A DNA stretch of 56,829 nt from a virus: IMG/VR virus record IMGVR_UViG_3300036944_000909; one strand, given 5' to 3'. Positions 1-8,591 of the stretch are shown piece after piece (within the stretch, counting starts at the first letter, position 1; each line of letters starts with the position of its first letter). The translations under genes were made by a program, and so were the position numbers. The notes below the pieces were generated by a model. The model was not told the origin of the DNA and did not search any database. It worked only from the letters and a program-made list of their open reading frames with translations.

Positions 1-127
1 TCCATGCGGCGCAGTTCGCGCTCAGCTTCCAAGAAGCTGACGACGCTGCACCCCTTCCCTTTCGCCAGGTGGTCGATGACCCCGGCGCGATCGTTGAAGA
101 TCGCCTTGGACAAAGTCGCGCGCGATA
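1..127. repeat. Terminal direct repeat, left copy. Identical to 56703-56829, so either an assembly overlap of a circular molecule or terminal redundancy.
   Basis: Base-by-base comparison of tccatgcggcgcag...gtcgcgcgcgata at both ends shows 127/127 identical. Confidence 0.95.
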
Positions 128-197
128 TATTTCGCTTCTCGCGAACTTGGTCCGCTAGCGCGACAAACTGCTGGATTTCTGGTTTAAGCTTCGCCAT
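1..197 (-). CDS. Cro/CII-like HTH regulator, 5' part of a gene that crosses the circular junction. The full gene is 197->128 joined to 56829->56627 and encodes 90 aa (MAKLKPEIQQFVALADQVREKRNISRATLSKAIFNDRAGVIDHL...).
   Basis: Reverse-strand ATG at 197 (alternative in-frame ATG at 206). The reading frame continues seamlessly through the 127-bp repeat into ORF 56627-56815. HTH-like segment ISRATLSKAIFNDRAGVIDHL. Divergent from the repressor gene. Confidence 0.7.
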   Translation of the reverse strand, partial: MAKLKPEIQQFVALADQVREKRNISRATLSKAIFNDRAGVIDHLAKGKGCSVVSFLEAERELRRM

Positions 198-206
198 GGG
201 GGACAT

Positions 207-281
207 GGTACATAAATGCACCGCCCCTGCAAGTGCCTTTTTCTACCTAGGCTCTAAGAGGCGGCGGTGCGATTTTGTACC
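207..281. promoter_or_regulatory. Immunity-region operator cluster: three 16-bp sites, GGTACATAAATGCACC (207-222), AGTGCCTTTTTCTACC (232-247) and GGTGCGATTTTGTACC (266-281)
   Basis: Imperfect dyads of the form GGT(A/G)C - 6 A/T-rich nt - N(T/C)ACC in the 85-bp gap between divergent regulator genes. The outer sites abut the two start codons (206/197 on -, 283 on +). The same motif recurs at 1319-1361. Confidence 0.55.
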
Positions 282-282
282 T

Positions 283-618
283 ATGAGTCTCGCAGACCGA
301 ATTTCCGCGCGGATCAAGGCGCTAGGCACAAGTGCCCGCGCAATTTCGCTGGAGGTTGGGCCCAACACTCATCTCGTGCAGGCGATCTTGTCGGGAAAAA
401 CCCAGAACCCGCGCATCGACACGCTGCAAAAACTTGCGGGCGCGCTCAAGACGAACACGGAATGGCTGGTCAACGGCGTGGGCGATCCCGATCAGGAAGA
501 AAGCCCAGCCACTGCGGAAGTCACCAGCATCATGCCGAAGCTGGACGAGCGACGGCGGGGGCAGCTTGCGGACTATGCGCGCTTTCTTGCGGAGCAGGCG
601 AAGGCTGATCGGAGCTAG
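283..618 (+). CDS. XRE-family HTH repressor (CI-like, 111 aa, no S24 peptidase domain)
   Basis: MSLADRISARIKALGTSARAISLEVGPNTHLVQAILSGKTQNPRIDTLQKLAGALKTNTEWLV is a classic XRE/Cro-CI HTH. The ATG at 283 lies inside ORF 4-618, whose upstream part is antisense to the junction gene. Monocistronic and convergent with an HNH gene. Confidence 0.85.
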   Translation: MSLADRISARIKALGTSARAISLEVGPNTHLVQAILSGKTQNPRIDTLQKLAGALKTNTEWLVNGVGDPDQEESPATAEVTSIMPKLDERRRGQLADYARFLAEQAKADRS

Positions 619-1282
619 AGCGCCAGTCGGTTGTGTAACGATTGCTCTTGCCTAGATTGCAGTCCTCACAGAGCAGTTGGATGTTGTCCTCGACCAACTC
701 CAGATGCGGATACTTGGAGCGCGGCTTGATGTGGTCAGCGTGGATCTTCACGCCGTCGTGCCGGTGAGAACGCCCGCAAAGGCAGCATTTACCGTGGTAT
801 TTCTCATATACCTTCGCGCGCAAGGCCAGCCAAGGCGCTGACTTGTAGAATGTCCATTTGCGCTGCTTGGATGATTTCTTCGGCGCTGCGGGCTTCTCGC
901 CGCGCTGCTTCAACATGCGCGCCTCAGCACGCGCTATGAAGGCGGCATCCCGCGCCAGCTTGCGCTCATGCCCCGCCCTGCTGCGCGCCGCGCGCTCCTC
1001 ACGACTGAGCTTCGGCTTGTTCTTGCGCTTCGGCTTGTAAGGCTGTGGCTTCGCATAGACTTCGGGCTTTGGCGGCTTCGGGTCGGGTCGAAGCCTTGGC
1101 GGATTCGCGGCCATATCTGCCGCCAGCCAATCCAGCGCCTGCGCATGGCTCATCGGTTTACCCGCCAGGTACGTGACCAACCCGGCAATCGTTTTGTTCG
1201 GCGGAATGCCCGCCGCTCCGCACAGTTTACGCAAGTGCATCATGAGCGCTTGGCGTTCGGGCTTGGTCTGAACGATCTGCAT
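530..1282 (-). CDS. HNH endonuclease with a long basic N-terminal region
   Basis: C-terminal CCLCGRSHRHDGVKIHADHIKPRSKYPHLELVEDNIQLLCEDCNLGKSN carries HNH motifs. ATG at 1282 is preceded by GAGGA (the track starts at TTG 1291). The 3' end overlaps the repressor gene by 89 nt (convergent). Confidence 0.8.
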   Translation of the reverse strand: MQIVQTKPERQALMMHLRKLCGAAGIPPNKTIAGLVTYLAGKPMSHAQALDWLAADMAANPPRLRPDPKPPKPEVYAKPQPYKPKRKNKPKLSREERAARSRAGHERKLARDAAFIARAEARMLKQRGEKPAAPKKSSKQRKWTFYKSAPWLALRAKVYEKYHGKCCLCGRSHRHDGVKIHADHIKPRSKYPHLELVEDNIQLLCEDCNLGKSNRYTTDWRSSSDQPSPAPQESAHSPQAAPAVARPASA

Positions 1283-1318
1283 TCGGGTCAATCCTCAATT
1301 TTGACCCATCGTACATTC

Positions 1319-1361
1319 GGTACTTTTTTCTACCAACCCCCTTGCGGTACTTTTTTACACC
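1319..1361. promoter_or_regulatory. Two operator-like 16-mers upstream of the + strand early operon: GGTACTTTTTTCTACC (1319-1334) and GGTACTTTTTTACACC (1346-1361)
   Basis: Direct repeat of the motif seen at 207-281, in the 125-bp gap before the first + strand early gene. TTGACC at 1301-1306 and TTGCGG/TAGCTT around 1342-1370 are possible promoter hexamers. Confidence 0.5.
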
Positions 1362-1407
1362 GTGTAGCTTTCTCCCATCAGCCCACCACACGGGCAGGGA
1401 GACACCG

Positions 1408-1590
1408 ATGACCACCCGCCATCAGATGACCGCCAGCGAAGCGCGCGAGAACGTCGCCGCGATGCTGAAGGAAACTCCGGCCAGCGCCCGCAAGCGTCTG
1501 CTTCAGATCGCGCTTGGCCCTCTCGGCAACCTCTCGGACGAGGCCCGCGCCGTTTATCAGGCCGCGCTCTCCGCTTCCCCCAACACCTAG
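1408..1590 (+). CDS. Hypothetical protein (60 aa)
   Basis: ATG at 1408 after GGGAGA. First gene of the + strand operon. Internal start of ORF 1342-1590. Confidence 0.55.
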   Translation: MTTRHQMTASEARENVAAMLKETPASARKRLLQIALGPLGNLSDEARAVYQAALSASPNT

Positions 1591-1600
1591 GAGCACACCG

Positions 1601-1966
1601 ATGAACATCGAACACGAAGCCGACGCCCTCTGCGAAGCAGGCCACAAAGCTGGCCAGTCCATCCTGAGCGCGATTGACGATGCCTACGAAGGCCGCAGCA
1701 TTCTTCCCGCCCGAAAGATGCGCCGCGTATTCGACGCGATGATCGAAGGGCTGACGGACGAGATGTCAGCCATCGACGCGCCGCTGTTCATCGCGGCTGC
1801 GTATGGCGCCTTCCCGATTGTGCACCTCTCCGCAGTCGAGCGCGCTGAAATCCAGAGCAACGAGTGGAGCGCTTACGACACGTTCCTTCGGGAGCGCGCC
1901 ACCGAGGCGATGTACGAGGCCGCTGATTATCTCGCTGACCAGCGCCGTGATGAGAGGGCGGCGTGA
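1601..1966 (+). CDS. Hypothetical protein (121 aa)
   Basis: ATG at 1601 after AGGAG (MNIEHEADALCEAG...). Internal start of ORF 1514-1966. Confidence 0.65.
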   Translation: MNIEHEADALCEAGHKAGQSILSAIDDAYEGRSILPARKMRRVFDAMIEGLTDEMSAIDAPLFIAAAYGAFPIVHLSAVERAEIQSNEWSAYDTFLRERATEAMYEAADYLADQRRDERAA

Positions 1967-2199
1967 TGGCAACCGCCCTGATCGCAGTCTGCTCCGCGAA
2001 ACCTCACACCGTGCATCAGCGCGCGGGCCAGAAGCTGACGGACCCGTGGAAGCGCGATGTCTACCATATCGCGCACAGCGGCATCACCACGCTCTGCGGT
2101 CGTGATCGTTCCGGGTGGCTGACCATCGGGCCGATCCAACAGATCACGCCGGACTGCTGCACGCGCTGCGCCCGCATCGTCATGAAGCGAAAGTTGTGA
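1966..2199 (+). CDS. Hypothetical Cys-rich protein (77 aa)
   Basis: TGATG overlap with the upstream stop (alternative GTG at 1963). GAGAGGG lies upstream. Confidence 0.55.
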   Translation: MATALIAVCSAKPHTVHQRAGQKLTDPWKRDVYHIAHSGITTLCGRDRSGWLTIGPIQQITPDCCTRCARIVMKRKL

Positions 2200-2272
2200 C
2201 CGCGCTTCTGTGCCGCCTGATCGAATGGCTGACCTTCCCCTTTCCCGAACTCCCGACTGAGGATGACGTACC

Positions 2273-2563
2273 ATGAGCGCGAAACATACCCCGGGGCCTT
2301 GGGAGGCCAGCATCACTGCAAACAGCATTGGGCAGCGTCACATCTACGACGAGAACAATCACCCCATTGCCCAGACTGTCCATAAAGACGTTGAGCATCC
2401 CGAACGCATCAGCGCAAACGCGCTTTTGATTGCTGCCGCGCCCGAGCTTCTGGACGCCCTGCAAAACCTGCTCGGCTTCGGCATCAACGGAACCATTGAA
2501 AGCCAGATGGCGCAAGACGACGCCCGCGCCGCCATCGCCAAAGCCACTGGAGAAACCAAGTGA
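2273..2563 (+). CDS. Hypothetical phage protein (96 aa, MSAKHTPGPWE... N-terminus common in phage early genes)
   Basis: ATG after GAGGA. Plausible amino-acid composition. Confidence 0.65.
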   Translation: MSAKHTPGPWEASITANSIGQRHIYDENNHPIAQTVHKDVEHPERISANALLIAAAPELLDALQNLLGFGINGTIESQMAQDDARAAIAKATGETK

Positions 2564-2784
2564 CATTAGAACAGCTTAGAACTTTTGCCGAGAGCAAAGA
2601 CCTCTCCGTCATCAAGCTCGCACTCACGAAGGAAGCAGCCCGCGCGCTGATCCGTGAGCATGACCGCGAAGTGAACGCCGCCAGCGATGACGCTGGCCTG
2701 TTCGAAATCACCGCCAGACACAACGCCGCGCCGTACCGCATCCTTGAAGAGATCGCCATCGAGCGGATGCAGGGGCGCACATGA
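2560..2784 (+). CDS. Hypothetical protein (74 aa)
   Basis: GTGA start/stop overlap with the upstream gene. GGAGAA lies upstream. Confidence 0.6.
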   Translation: MTLEQLRTFAESKDLSVIKLALTKEAARALIREHDREVNAASDDAGLFEITARHNAAPYRILEEIAIERMQGRT

Positions 2785-2954
2785 CCGCCTCTAACGTCAT
2801 CGCATTCCCCCGCAAGCGCCGTCCCGTCTGCCCTCTCGATGAAGCCTTCGCACGCTTACGCCGCACAGAGCTGGCGATGGAGCAGGCAGCGGCTGAGATC
2901 GAGGCAGTCGCTAGGCGGCTTGAGCAAGCTAATCAGAGGGAACTGAAGTCATGA
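2781..2954 (+). CDS. Hypothetical small protein (57 aa, MTASNVIAFPRKRRPVCPLDEAF...), below the ORF-track size cut-off
   Basis: Translated by hand. ATGA overlap with the gene on each side and fills the gap exactly. Confidence 0.5.
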   Translation: MTASNVIAFPRKRRPVCPLDEAFARLRRTELAMEQAAAEIEAVARRLEQANQRELKS

Positions 2955-3715
2955 CTGCACTAGCAAAACACGACAACCGCAACGAGGTTGCCAACTCGAC
3001 GCCTGCCTACACCGCCGAAGTCCGCGTTGTGATGGAACTGCTCAACCGGGCAGACCTCCCGATGGACCGCGCCGAGGCCCTGCTTTCACGCCTCGACATG
3101 ATCCGCGAGCGCGACGAGGCCGCAGCCTACAACGAAGCCATGCGCCAGGTGAAGGCAAACCTGCCTGTCGTTGGTCGATCAACCGCGAACTCGCACACGA
3201 AGAAGAACTACGCCGACCTCGCTGACATTGCGGCGGTCTGCGATCCTGTCATCGCTGCGCACGGCTTCTCGACCGAATACTGGCCGTTCAACAGCGAGAA
3301 GCCGGACCATCTCGGCATCGGCTGCACCGTGTCTCACGCCAACGGCCACAAGCGCGAGTACCGCGCAGACGTGCCGCTGGATGGCGCGGGCGCGAAGGGC
3401 AACGCCAACAAGCCCGCAATCCACGCGTGGAAGTCCACCATGACCTACGGACGCCGTGCGCTCAAGGAAGCCATCTTCGACATCGCCACGACAGACGATG
3501 ACGGCAACGGCGCCATGTCGCAGCCCGTCGAGGTCGAGTTCATCAGCGACGAGCAACTGGATGAGCTTCGCGCCGAAATGAAGAAGACCGGCACGGAGGA
3601 AAGCAAGTTCGCCGCCTACCTGAAGGAGCCGACGCTGGGCGCCCTGACGGTGCAAAAATTCCATCAGGCAATGGCGGCGCTGAAGGCCAAGGCCGAAGCT
3701 ATGGGTGTCAAATGA
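2951..3715 (+). CDS. erf: ERF-family single-strand annealing recombinase
   Basis: NYADLADIAAVCDPVIAAHGF...VSHANGH...TYGRRALKEAIFDIATTDDDG matches the ERF core by eye. Followed by an exonuclease gene. Confidence 0.8.
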   Translation: MTALAKHDNRNEVANSTPAYTAEVRVVMELLNRADLPMDRAEALLSRLDMIRERDEAAAYNEAMRQVKANLPVVGRSTANSHTKKNYADLADIAAVCDPVIAAHGFSTEYWPFNSEKPDHLGIGCTVSHANGHKREYRADVPLDGAGAKGNANKPAIHAWKSTMTYGRRALKEAIFDIATTDDDGNGAMSQPVEVEFISDEQLDELRAEMKKTGTEESKFAAYLKEPTLGALTVQKFHQAMAALKAKAEAMGVK

Positions 3716-4332
3716 TTGAGCAAGGTAGCATCGAGTGGAAGCAGGCCAGGCTTGGCCGCGTCACAGCTTCCCGTGTCGCTGACGTAATCGCCAAGACCAA
3801 GACGGGCGTGTCAGCCTCGCGCGCCAATTACGAGGCGCAGATCATCTGCGAGCGCCTGACGGGCGTCGTGGTCGAGGGCTACACGAACGCCGCCATGCAG
3901 CACGGAATCGACACCGAACCGCAGGCGCGAGCCGCCTATGAGTTCATGCGCAACGTGGACGTGGTGCTGGCTTCGTTCGTTGACCATCCCCGCGTGCCGA
4001 TGAGCGGCGCCAGCCCTGACGGCTTCGTGGATGATGACGGGCTGATTGAGATCAAGGCGCCGCAGCCTGCCGCGCACCTTGAGACACTACTTAGCCAGGC
4101 CGTTCCCACGAAATACGTCACCCAAATGATGTGGCAAATGGGCGTCACAGGCCGCAAGTGGTGTGACTATGTTTCATTCAGCCCCGCCTTCCCTGCGCAT
4201 CTACAGTTGTTCGTGAAGCGCGTTCCGCGAGACGAGAAAGTCATCGCCGAATTGGAGAAGGAAGTTCTCGCGTTCCTTGCAGAAGTTGATCGCAAGGTTG
4301 CCTTGCTTCAGCCAATGGAGAAGGCTGCGTGA
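3712..4332 (+). CDS. YqaJ-like (lambda Exo-type, PD-(D/E)xK) recombination exonuclease
   Basis: N-terminus GSIEWKQARLGRVTASRVADVI and SPDGFV...LIEIKAP are YqaJ hallmarks. ATGA-coupled to erf. Confidence 0.8.
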   Translation: MIEQGSIEWKQARLGRVTASRVADVIAKTKTGVSASRANYEAQIICERLTGVVVEGYTNAAMQHGIDTEPQARAAYEFMRNVDVVLASFVDHPRVPMSGASPDGFVDDDGLIEIKAPQPAAHLETLLSQAVPTKYVTQMMWQMGVTGRKWCDYVSFSPAFPAHLQLFVKRVPRDEKVIAELEKEVLAFLAEVDRKVALLQPMEKAA

Positions 4333-4775
4333 GCACTCCCAAAGACCGCCTTTACTGGATTTGGGCGGCAATGCTGGACCGTTGCCGAAACCCAAATTGC
4401 AAAGCGTATGCAGACTATGGTGGTCGCGGCATTTCAGTCTGCGAGCGCTGGCAGAAATTCGAGAATTTTGAAGCTGATATGGCTCCGCGTCCCGAAGGCG
4501 GTCTGCTGGATCGTGAGGACAATGACGGCCCGTATTCACCAGACAATTGCCGTTGGGCAACGCGCAAAGAGCAAAACAGCAATCGCCGAAACTGCATTTA
4601 CGTAATGCACGGTGAAGAGCGAGTTACGCTTCGCGAGTACTGCCGCCGCAATGGCTTGCGCTATCGCCCAATCGTCAAGCGCATTCAGGATCGCAATTGG
4701 CCCGTCGAGATGGCTCTCACGACGCCGCTGGGTTCCGGCAAGCACTTTCGCCGCAATCCGGAGAAAGCAGCATGA
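4329..4775 (+). CDS. Phage DNA-binding protein of the YGGRGI / AP2-like family that accompanies homing HNH endonucleases
   Basis: LYWIWAAMLDRCRNPNCKAYADYGGRGISVCERW...DREDNDGPYSPDNCRWATRKEQNSN pattern. GTGA overlap with the upstream gene. Confidence 0.6.
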   Translation: MSTPKDRLYWIWAAMLDRCRNPNCKAYADYGGRGISVCERWQKFENFEADMAPRPEGGLLDREDNDGPYSPDNCRWATRKEQNSNRRNCIYVMHGEERVTLREYCRRNGLRYRPIVKRIQDRNWPVEMALTTPLGSGKHFRRNPEKAA

Positions 4776-5290
4776 CCGGCTTCCCGCTCTTTGCCAAAGT
4801 CCGCGAAGTCATCATCCCCGAAACCGGGGAAGTTGTTCGCGCGCTCGTGCCTGACAATGCCATGTCAGCCGAAACGCTGGCAAAGGTGCGGGCAGGACGG
4901 ACGGTTCACATCGTCACTGAGACAGCGCGCAACTATGACCAGCTCAAGCTGCTCTGGGCGATGGCCGAGAAGATCCACCAGAACAGCGAGAGGTTCGATA
5001 GCCGGGAGCACGTTGTTGAGGAACTGAAACTCAACACGGGCCACGTCGAACGCAAGTACATCCGCGTGCCAGGCTTGAAGACGCCAGCCTTCCTCGAATG
5101 GCCCGCATCGATCGCTTACGAGTCGATGACGCAGGCCGACTTTCAGGCGTGGCTGGAAAAGGCGCTGGCCTATGTGCGTGCTGAAATCTGGCCGGGCCTG
5201 CCTGAAGGCGACATCAAGGACGAGATCACCGCCATGCTGGGCGACGATGTCTGGCCGACTGAAGGCAAGGCTCGTGGGAGGGCTGCATGA
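4772..5290 (+). CDS. Hypothetical phage protein (172 aa)
   Basis: ATGA overlap. Internal start of ORF 4697-5290. Confidence 0.65.
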   Translation: MTGFPLFAKVREVIIPETGEVVRALVPDNAMSAETLAKVRAGRTVHIVTETARNYDQLKLLWAMAEKIHQNSERFDSREHVVEELKLNTGHVERKYIRVPGLKTPAFLEWPASIAYESMTQADFQAWLEKALAYVRAEIWPGLPEGDIKDEITAMLGDDVWPTEGKARGRAA

Positions 5291-5844
5291 ACCTGCAAGA
5301 GTGGACGGCTGGGATGATCGACGGAACAGCGCCCAAGGCAATCGGTGACATGCCGACCGCTATGCGCAACTGTTCCGACACAGACGCACGGGCGGCGTTT
5401 CTGGTTGCCTACCGCAACTCCATCAAGCGGAACGCGCCGAAGGATTGCTCATACGAAACCCTCGCCAGCAACCTTGGCTACATGGCCTCGGAATGGGAAA
5501 TTCCCGCTTCATGGGCGAAGGCGGTTCGGCTCGCTTTTCCGAAAGCTGATCGCCCGCTAGCCGCCGACACCGCCGCGCACGAAAACGAGTACGGGCGCAA
5601 GATCACTGACAACGTTCTCAAGTTGATTGCTGCTGCCGACAAGACGCAGCGCCAGCGCCACTGCACGATGAACGATCACCAGTTTATCGCGAACCCCGGT
5701 GACACGATCGAGGAAGTGTACGCCGAGTTTGCCGTCGAGAACATGATCTCAAGCTTTCACTACGCGGCGCGTCGGCGCTTCGGGCATGAGTTTGCGAAAA
5801 TCGGTGAGAAAATCTTTGACCTGATTGCAGATCGCGATGCCTGA
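5287..5844 (+). CDS. Hypothetical protein (185 aa)
   Basis: ATGA overlap and a long ORF in the operon frame series. Confidence 0.65.
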   Translation: MNLQEWTAGMIDGTAPKAIGDMPTAMRNCSDTDARAAFLVAYRNSIKRNAPKDCSYETLASNLGYMASEWEIPASWAKAVRLAFPKADRPLAADTAAHENEYGRKITDNVLKLIAAADKTQRQRHCTMNDHQFIANPGDTIEEVYAEFAVENMISSFHYAARRRFGHEFAKIGEKIFDLIADRDA

Positions 5845-6262
5845 CACCAACACGCTGCCCAAGCCCCTCAAACGCAAGAGCTTCACAGCGCGCGAAGTGG
5901 CGTCCGTGTTCATCAAGTACGAAGCGCGCTGCGCCAAGTGCCGCGAGAAAGTCTCACTCGGCAACTACAATATTGATCACATAATTCGCCTGGATGCGCT
6001 CGGAAAACATGAGCTTGAGAACTGGCAACTGCTCTGCATTCCCTGCCACAAGCCCAAGACGGCGAACGACAATCGCGAGGCCAAAAAGGGCCGTCGCATT
6101 CGAGGGGAGAACAAGCCCCGCGTCACGAAGGCAATCCCCAGCCGCCCCTTCGGTCGGATGCCGGAAAGCCGCTCGCCGTCGAAATGGCAGAGCGCGGGCC
6201 GCAGCCTGACGCATCCGAAGCTGAAACGTGGGTTTGACGGCAAAGTTCGGGAGAGAACGTGA
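5837..6262 (+). CDS. HNH endonuclease
   Basis: CAKCREKVSLGNYNIDHIIRLDALGKHELENWQLLCIPCHKPKTAND carries the HNH motif. The track starts at 5825. Confidence 0.8.
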   Translation: MPDTNTLPKPLKRKSFTAREVASVFIKYEARCAKCREKVSLGNYNIDHIIRLDALGKHELENWQLLCIPCHKPKTANDNREAKKGRRIRGENKPRVTKAIPSRPFGRMPESRSPSKWQSAGRSLTHPKLKRGFDGKVRERT

Positions 6263-6441
6263 TGGCAGCACAGGATGATGATGTGGAGCCCCCGCGCGTA
6301 TCGCCAGAGCTGATTGCCGGGCTCAACAAGCTGGCAACGTACCTAACCGAACAGGGCGAATACGAGGCGGTCGATCTTATCGACACGGTCGTGGCGCGAG
6401 TGATCGACGCCGCCCCACCAGCAGCACAGGAGAAGAAGTGA
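6262..6441 (+). CDS. Hypothetical protein (59 aa)
   Basis: TGATG overlap (alternative GTG at 6259). GGGAGAGA lies upstream. Confidence 0.5.
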   Translation: MAAQDDDVEPPRVSPELIAGLNKLATYLTEQGEYEAVDLIDTVVARVIDAAPPAAQEKK

Positions 6442-6647
6442 TGGGCGAGAAAAGTACGCCAGTGTTTTTCATCTCCGCCCTTTGTCTCGTGGCGATTGGC
6501 GGCTTGGTGCTGGTTCTTACGGTTGATGATCGCAAAAAAGACGAGGCCGACAAGTATGCCTGCCCTGCCGGATTGGAGCCCATTCGCGGGGAGCTAACGG
6601 GTTGGTTCTGCGCGAGCCGCCCAACTTTGAAGGACCCCCGCCCATGA
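6441..6647 (+). CDS. Small membrane protein (one TM: VFFISALCLVAIGGLVLVLTV)
   Basis: ATG 6 nt after AGGAGA (alternative GTG at 6438). Hydrophobic helix. Confidence 0.55.
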   Translation: MGEKSTPVFFISALCLVAIGGLVLVLTVDDRKKDEADKYACPAGLEPIRGELTGWFCASRPTLKDPRP

Positions 6648-6898
6648 GCACGACGAGTGACAATCCAAAACCGTTCAACCTGTACAAAGCGCTGGAGCCA
6701 AACGCAGGTGTCAGCACACACATCGACAATCGCAACGCCGCCGAAATCTCCACGGCTATTTCCCTCAAGCGCATTGCCGACGCGCTGGAGATAATCGCGG
6801 CCAAGCCTGCAATTGATCCCGAGGAGCTTGGCCGACAGATCAACACCGCCATTGTTGAAGGCGGCTACACCATCGCGCGACACATGAGGGGACTATGA
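6644..6898 (+). CDS. Hypothetical protein (84 aa)
   Basis: ATGA overlap. Internal start of ORF 6602-6898. Confidence 0.6.
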   Translation: MSTTSDNPKPFNLYKALEPNAGVSTHIDNRNAAEISTAISLKRIADALEIIAAKPAIDPEELGRQINTAIVEGGYTIARHMRGL

Positions 6899-7248
6899 GC
6901 ACGACGCAAGAACTGGTGGAGAGGCTGACGGAATGGGCCAACGGTTGCGAGCGTGAGGCCGCGGCAGACGTGACCAGCGCAATCGGTTTTGTAGCGCGAA
7001 AGGAGGCCGTTCAACTCCGCGCCGCCGCACTTCGCCTAGCCGAGCTGGAGCGGGAGAATGCTGCGCTTAGAGAAGCGCTGAAGCCGTTTGCGGAATACGC
7101 GGCAGAGCAACTCGCCAACTGGATACCGCCGCATGTGGCGAGCGATGACGCAACGCCTGTGTGGGGAGGCAGCTACAACCAAGAGTGCAGCGTTTATATT
7201 GGCGACCTCCGCCGCGCCGCAGCACTAGCGGGGAGCGGGGAGAAGTGA
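6895..7248 (+). CDS. Hypothetical coiled-coil protein (117 aa)
   Basis: ATGA overlap and plausible composition. Confidence 0.65.
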   Translation: MSTTQELVERLTEWANGCEREAAADVTSAIGFVARKEAVQLRAAALRLAELERENAALREALKPFAEYAAEQLANWIPPHVASDDATPVWGGSYNQECSVYIGDLRRAAALAGSGEK

Positions 7249-7634
7249 GCACGCTCGATCCCCTAACGGAAGCCCGTCTTCAGGAAGCCTTTACCACCCG
7301 CTGCGTGGTATCGGCTCGCGAAGTCGCGCGGATCGTTGGGATCGACTATGCTCGCGTCCTAGAAGACATCCGGGAAGGTCGCCTTCAGGGCATACCGTTC
7401 GGAAACCGCGTCGAGTTCACCGCCAGCCACGTCCGGCTATACCTGGGGAGGGCTCCGGAATGTCAGTCTACCAGCCAAGGGGCACAGACCGTTACGTCTA
7501 CGAGTTCCAGATCGCGCGGGTCAAATACCGGGGGCCGTGCAACACCACGAACCTCGCAGAAGCCAAGCGGGTGGAACGCAAGGCGCGAACTAACGCTGAA
7601 GCTGGCATCAAACCGGACGCAGTCAGCGAAATGA
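7245..7634 (+). CDS. Excisionase-like / MerR-type HTH protein
   Basis: GTGA overlap start. SAREVARIVGIDYARVLEDIREGRLQGIPFGNRVEFTASHVRLYL is an excisionase-family HTH. It sits immediately upstream of int. The frame runs 175 nt into int before its stop. Confidence 0.6.
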   Translation: MSTLDPLTEARLQEAFTTRCVVSAREVARIVGIDYARVLEDIREGRLQGIPFGNRVEFTASHVRLYLGRAPECQSTSQGAQTVTSTSSRSRGSNTGGRATPRTSQKPSGWNARRELTLKLASNRTQSAK

Positions 7635-8590
7635 CCGTTTCGACGGCCTGCGATCGATGGTTCGAGGAAGTCGGTCAGACACAGCCGTCAGCGAAGAACT
7701 GGCTGCGGTCGCTCAAGCTGGTCGAGCTGTGCGTAGGCGGCGACCTGCGGCTCAAGGAAATCACCACGGCAACCGTGTCCGAGGCTGTGCGCCGGCGCCG
7801 CCTGATGCTGGCCGAATACCGCTCCAAGGATGGGGTGAAAACCCGCGCCGTCAAAGCCTCGACGGTAAACCGGCAGGTTGTGGACGTCCTCAAACGCATC
7901 ATGCGCCGTGCCGAAATCGTCTGGGGCGCCAAGTCCCTGCAACGCATAGACTGGAGCGCCGTCCGGCTGACCGAAGCCTCGCCGCGGTCGCGCGAGATTG
8001 CGGATGAAGAACACGCGAGGTTGGACGCCTCGCTGCGTGCTGACTTTCGCCCGTTCCGAAACTTCCTCGCGACCTACGGAGTAAGGCTCGGGGAAATGTT
8101 CTTCGACCCGTCCGAGGTCTACGAAGTGCAGGGCCAGGTATCGATCCGCATCCGCGACCGTAAGGACGGCTCCACCTACGTTGTGGACCTGCTTCCCGAT
8201 GACGGCCGGCTGATGCTGGCGAGGAAGTCGCGCGCGATAGCCGCCAAGCTGCCTACGGTGTGGTTCAGGGAGGTTCGCGGCAAGCTGCGGCCCATGACCT
8301 ACAACAGCATTCGCCTCGCCCTGCGCCGCGCCATCAAGCGCGCTGGGCTGACGGATCTGACCATTCACGATCACCGGCACGACGTAGCAACGAAGCTGAC
8401 GCGCAAAGCCGGAATCGCGGTCGCTCAATCTCAGCTTGGACATGCCGATATCGGGACCACGCGCCGCTATGTGCAGGTCAGCACAAAAGATCGCCTCGCA
8501 GCGCTGTCCGCCATGAAATCCGGAGAAAAGTTCGGAGACGACGTTTCCGGCGCTGAAAATAGTGTCTCGAAACAACCGGGTGGCGTATGA
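7460..8590 (+). CDS. int: Tyrosine recombinase / phage integrase
   Basis: GGAGGG RBS. Arm-type N-terminus (YVYEFQIARVKYRG). Catalytic boxes GVRLGEMF, HDHRHDVATKL and LGHADIGTTRRY. Confidence 0.9.
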   Translation: MSVYQPRGTDRYVYEFQIARVKYRGPCNTTNLAEAKRVERKARTNAEAGIKPDAVSEMTVSTACDRWFEEVGQTQPSAKNWLRSLKLVELCVGGDLRLKEITTATVSEAVRRRRLMLAEYRSKDGVKTRAVKASTVNRQVVDVLKRIMRRAEIVWGAKSLQRIDWSAVRLTEASPRSREIADEEHARLDASLRADFRPFRNFLATYGVRLGEMFFDPSEVYEVQGQVSIRIRDRKDGSTYVVDLLPDDGRLMLARKSRAIAAKLPTVWFREVRGKLRPMTYNSIRLALRRAIKRAGLTDLTIHDHRHDVATKLTRKAGIAVAQSQLGHADIGTTRRYVQVSTKDRLAALSAMKSGEKFGDDVSGAENSVSKQPGGV

Positions 8591-8591
8591 T

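Noticed and set aside
4-282. N-terminal extension of the repressor ORF (the track ORF 4-618 starts at base 4).
   Set aside because: The first 93 codons are antisense to the junction-spanning HTH gene and cross the operator region. The XRE domain starts at the ATG at 283.
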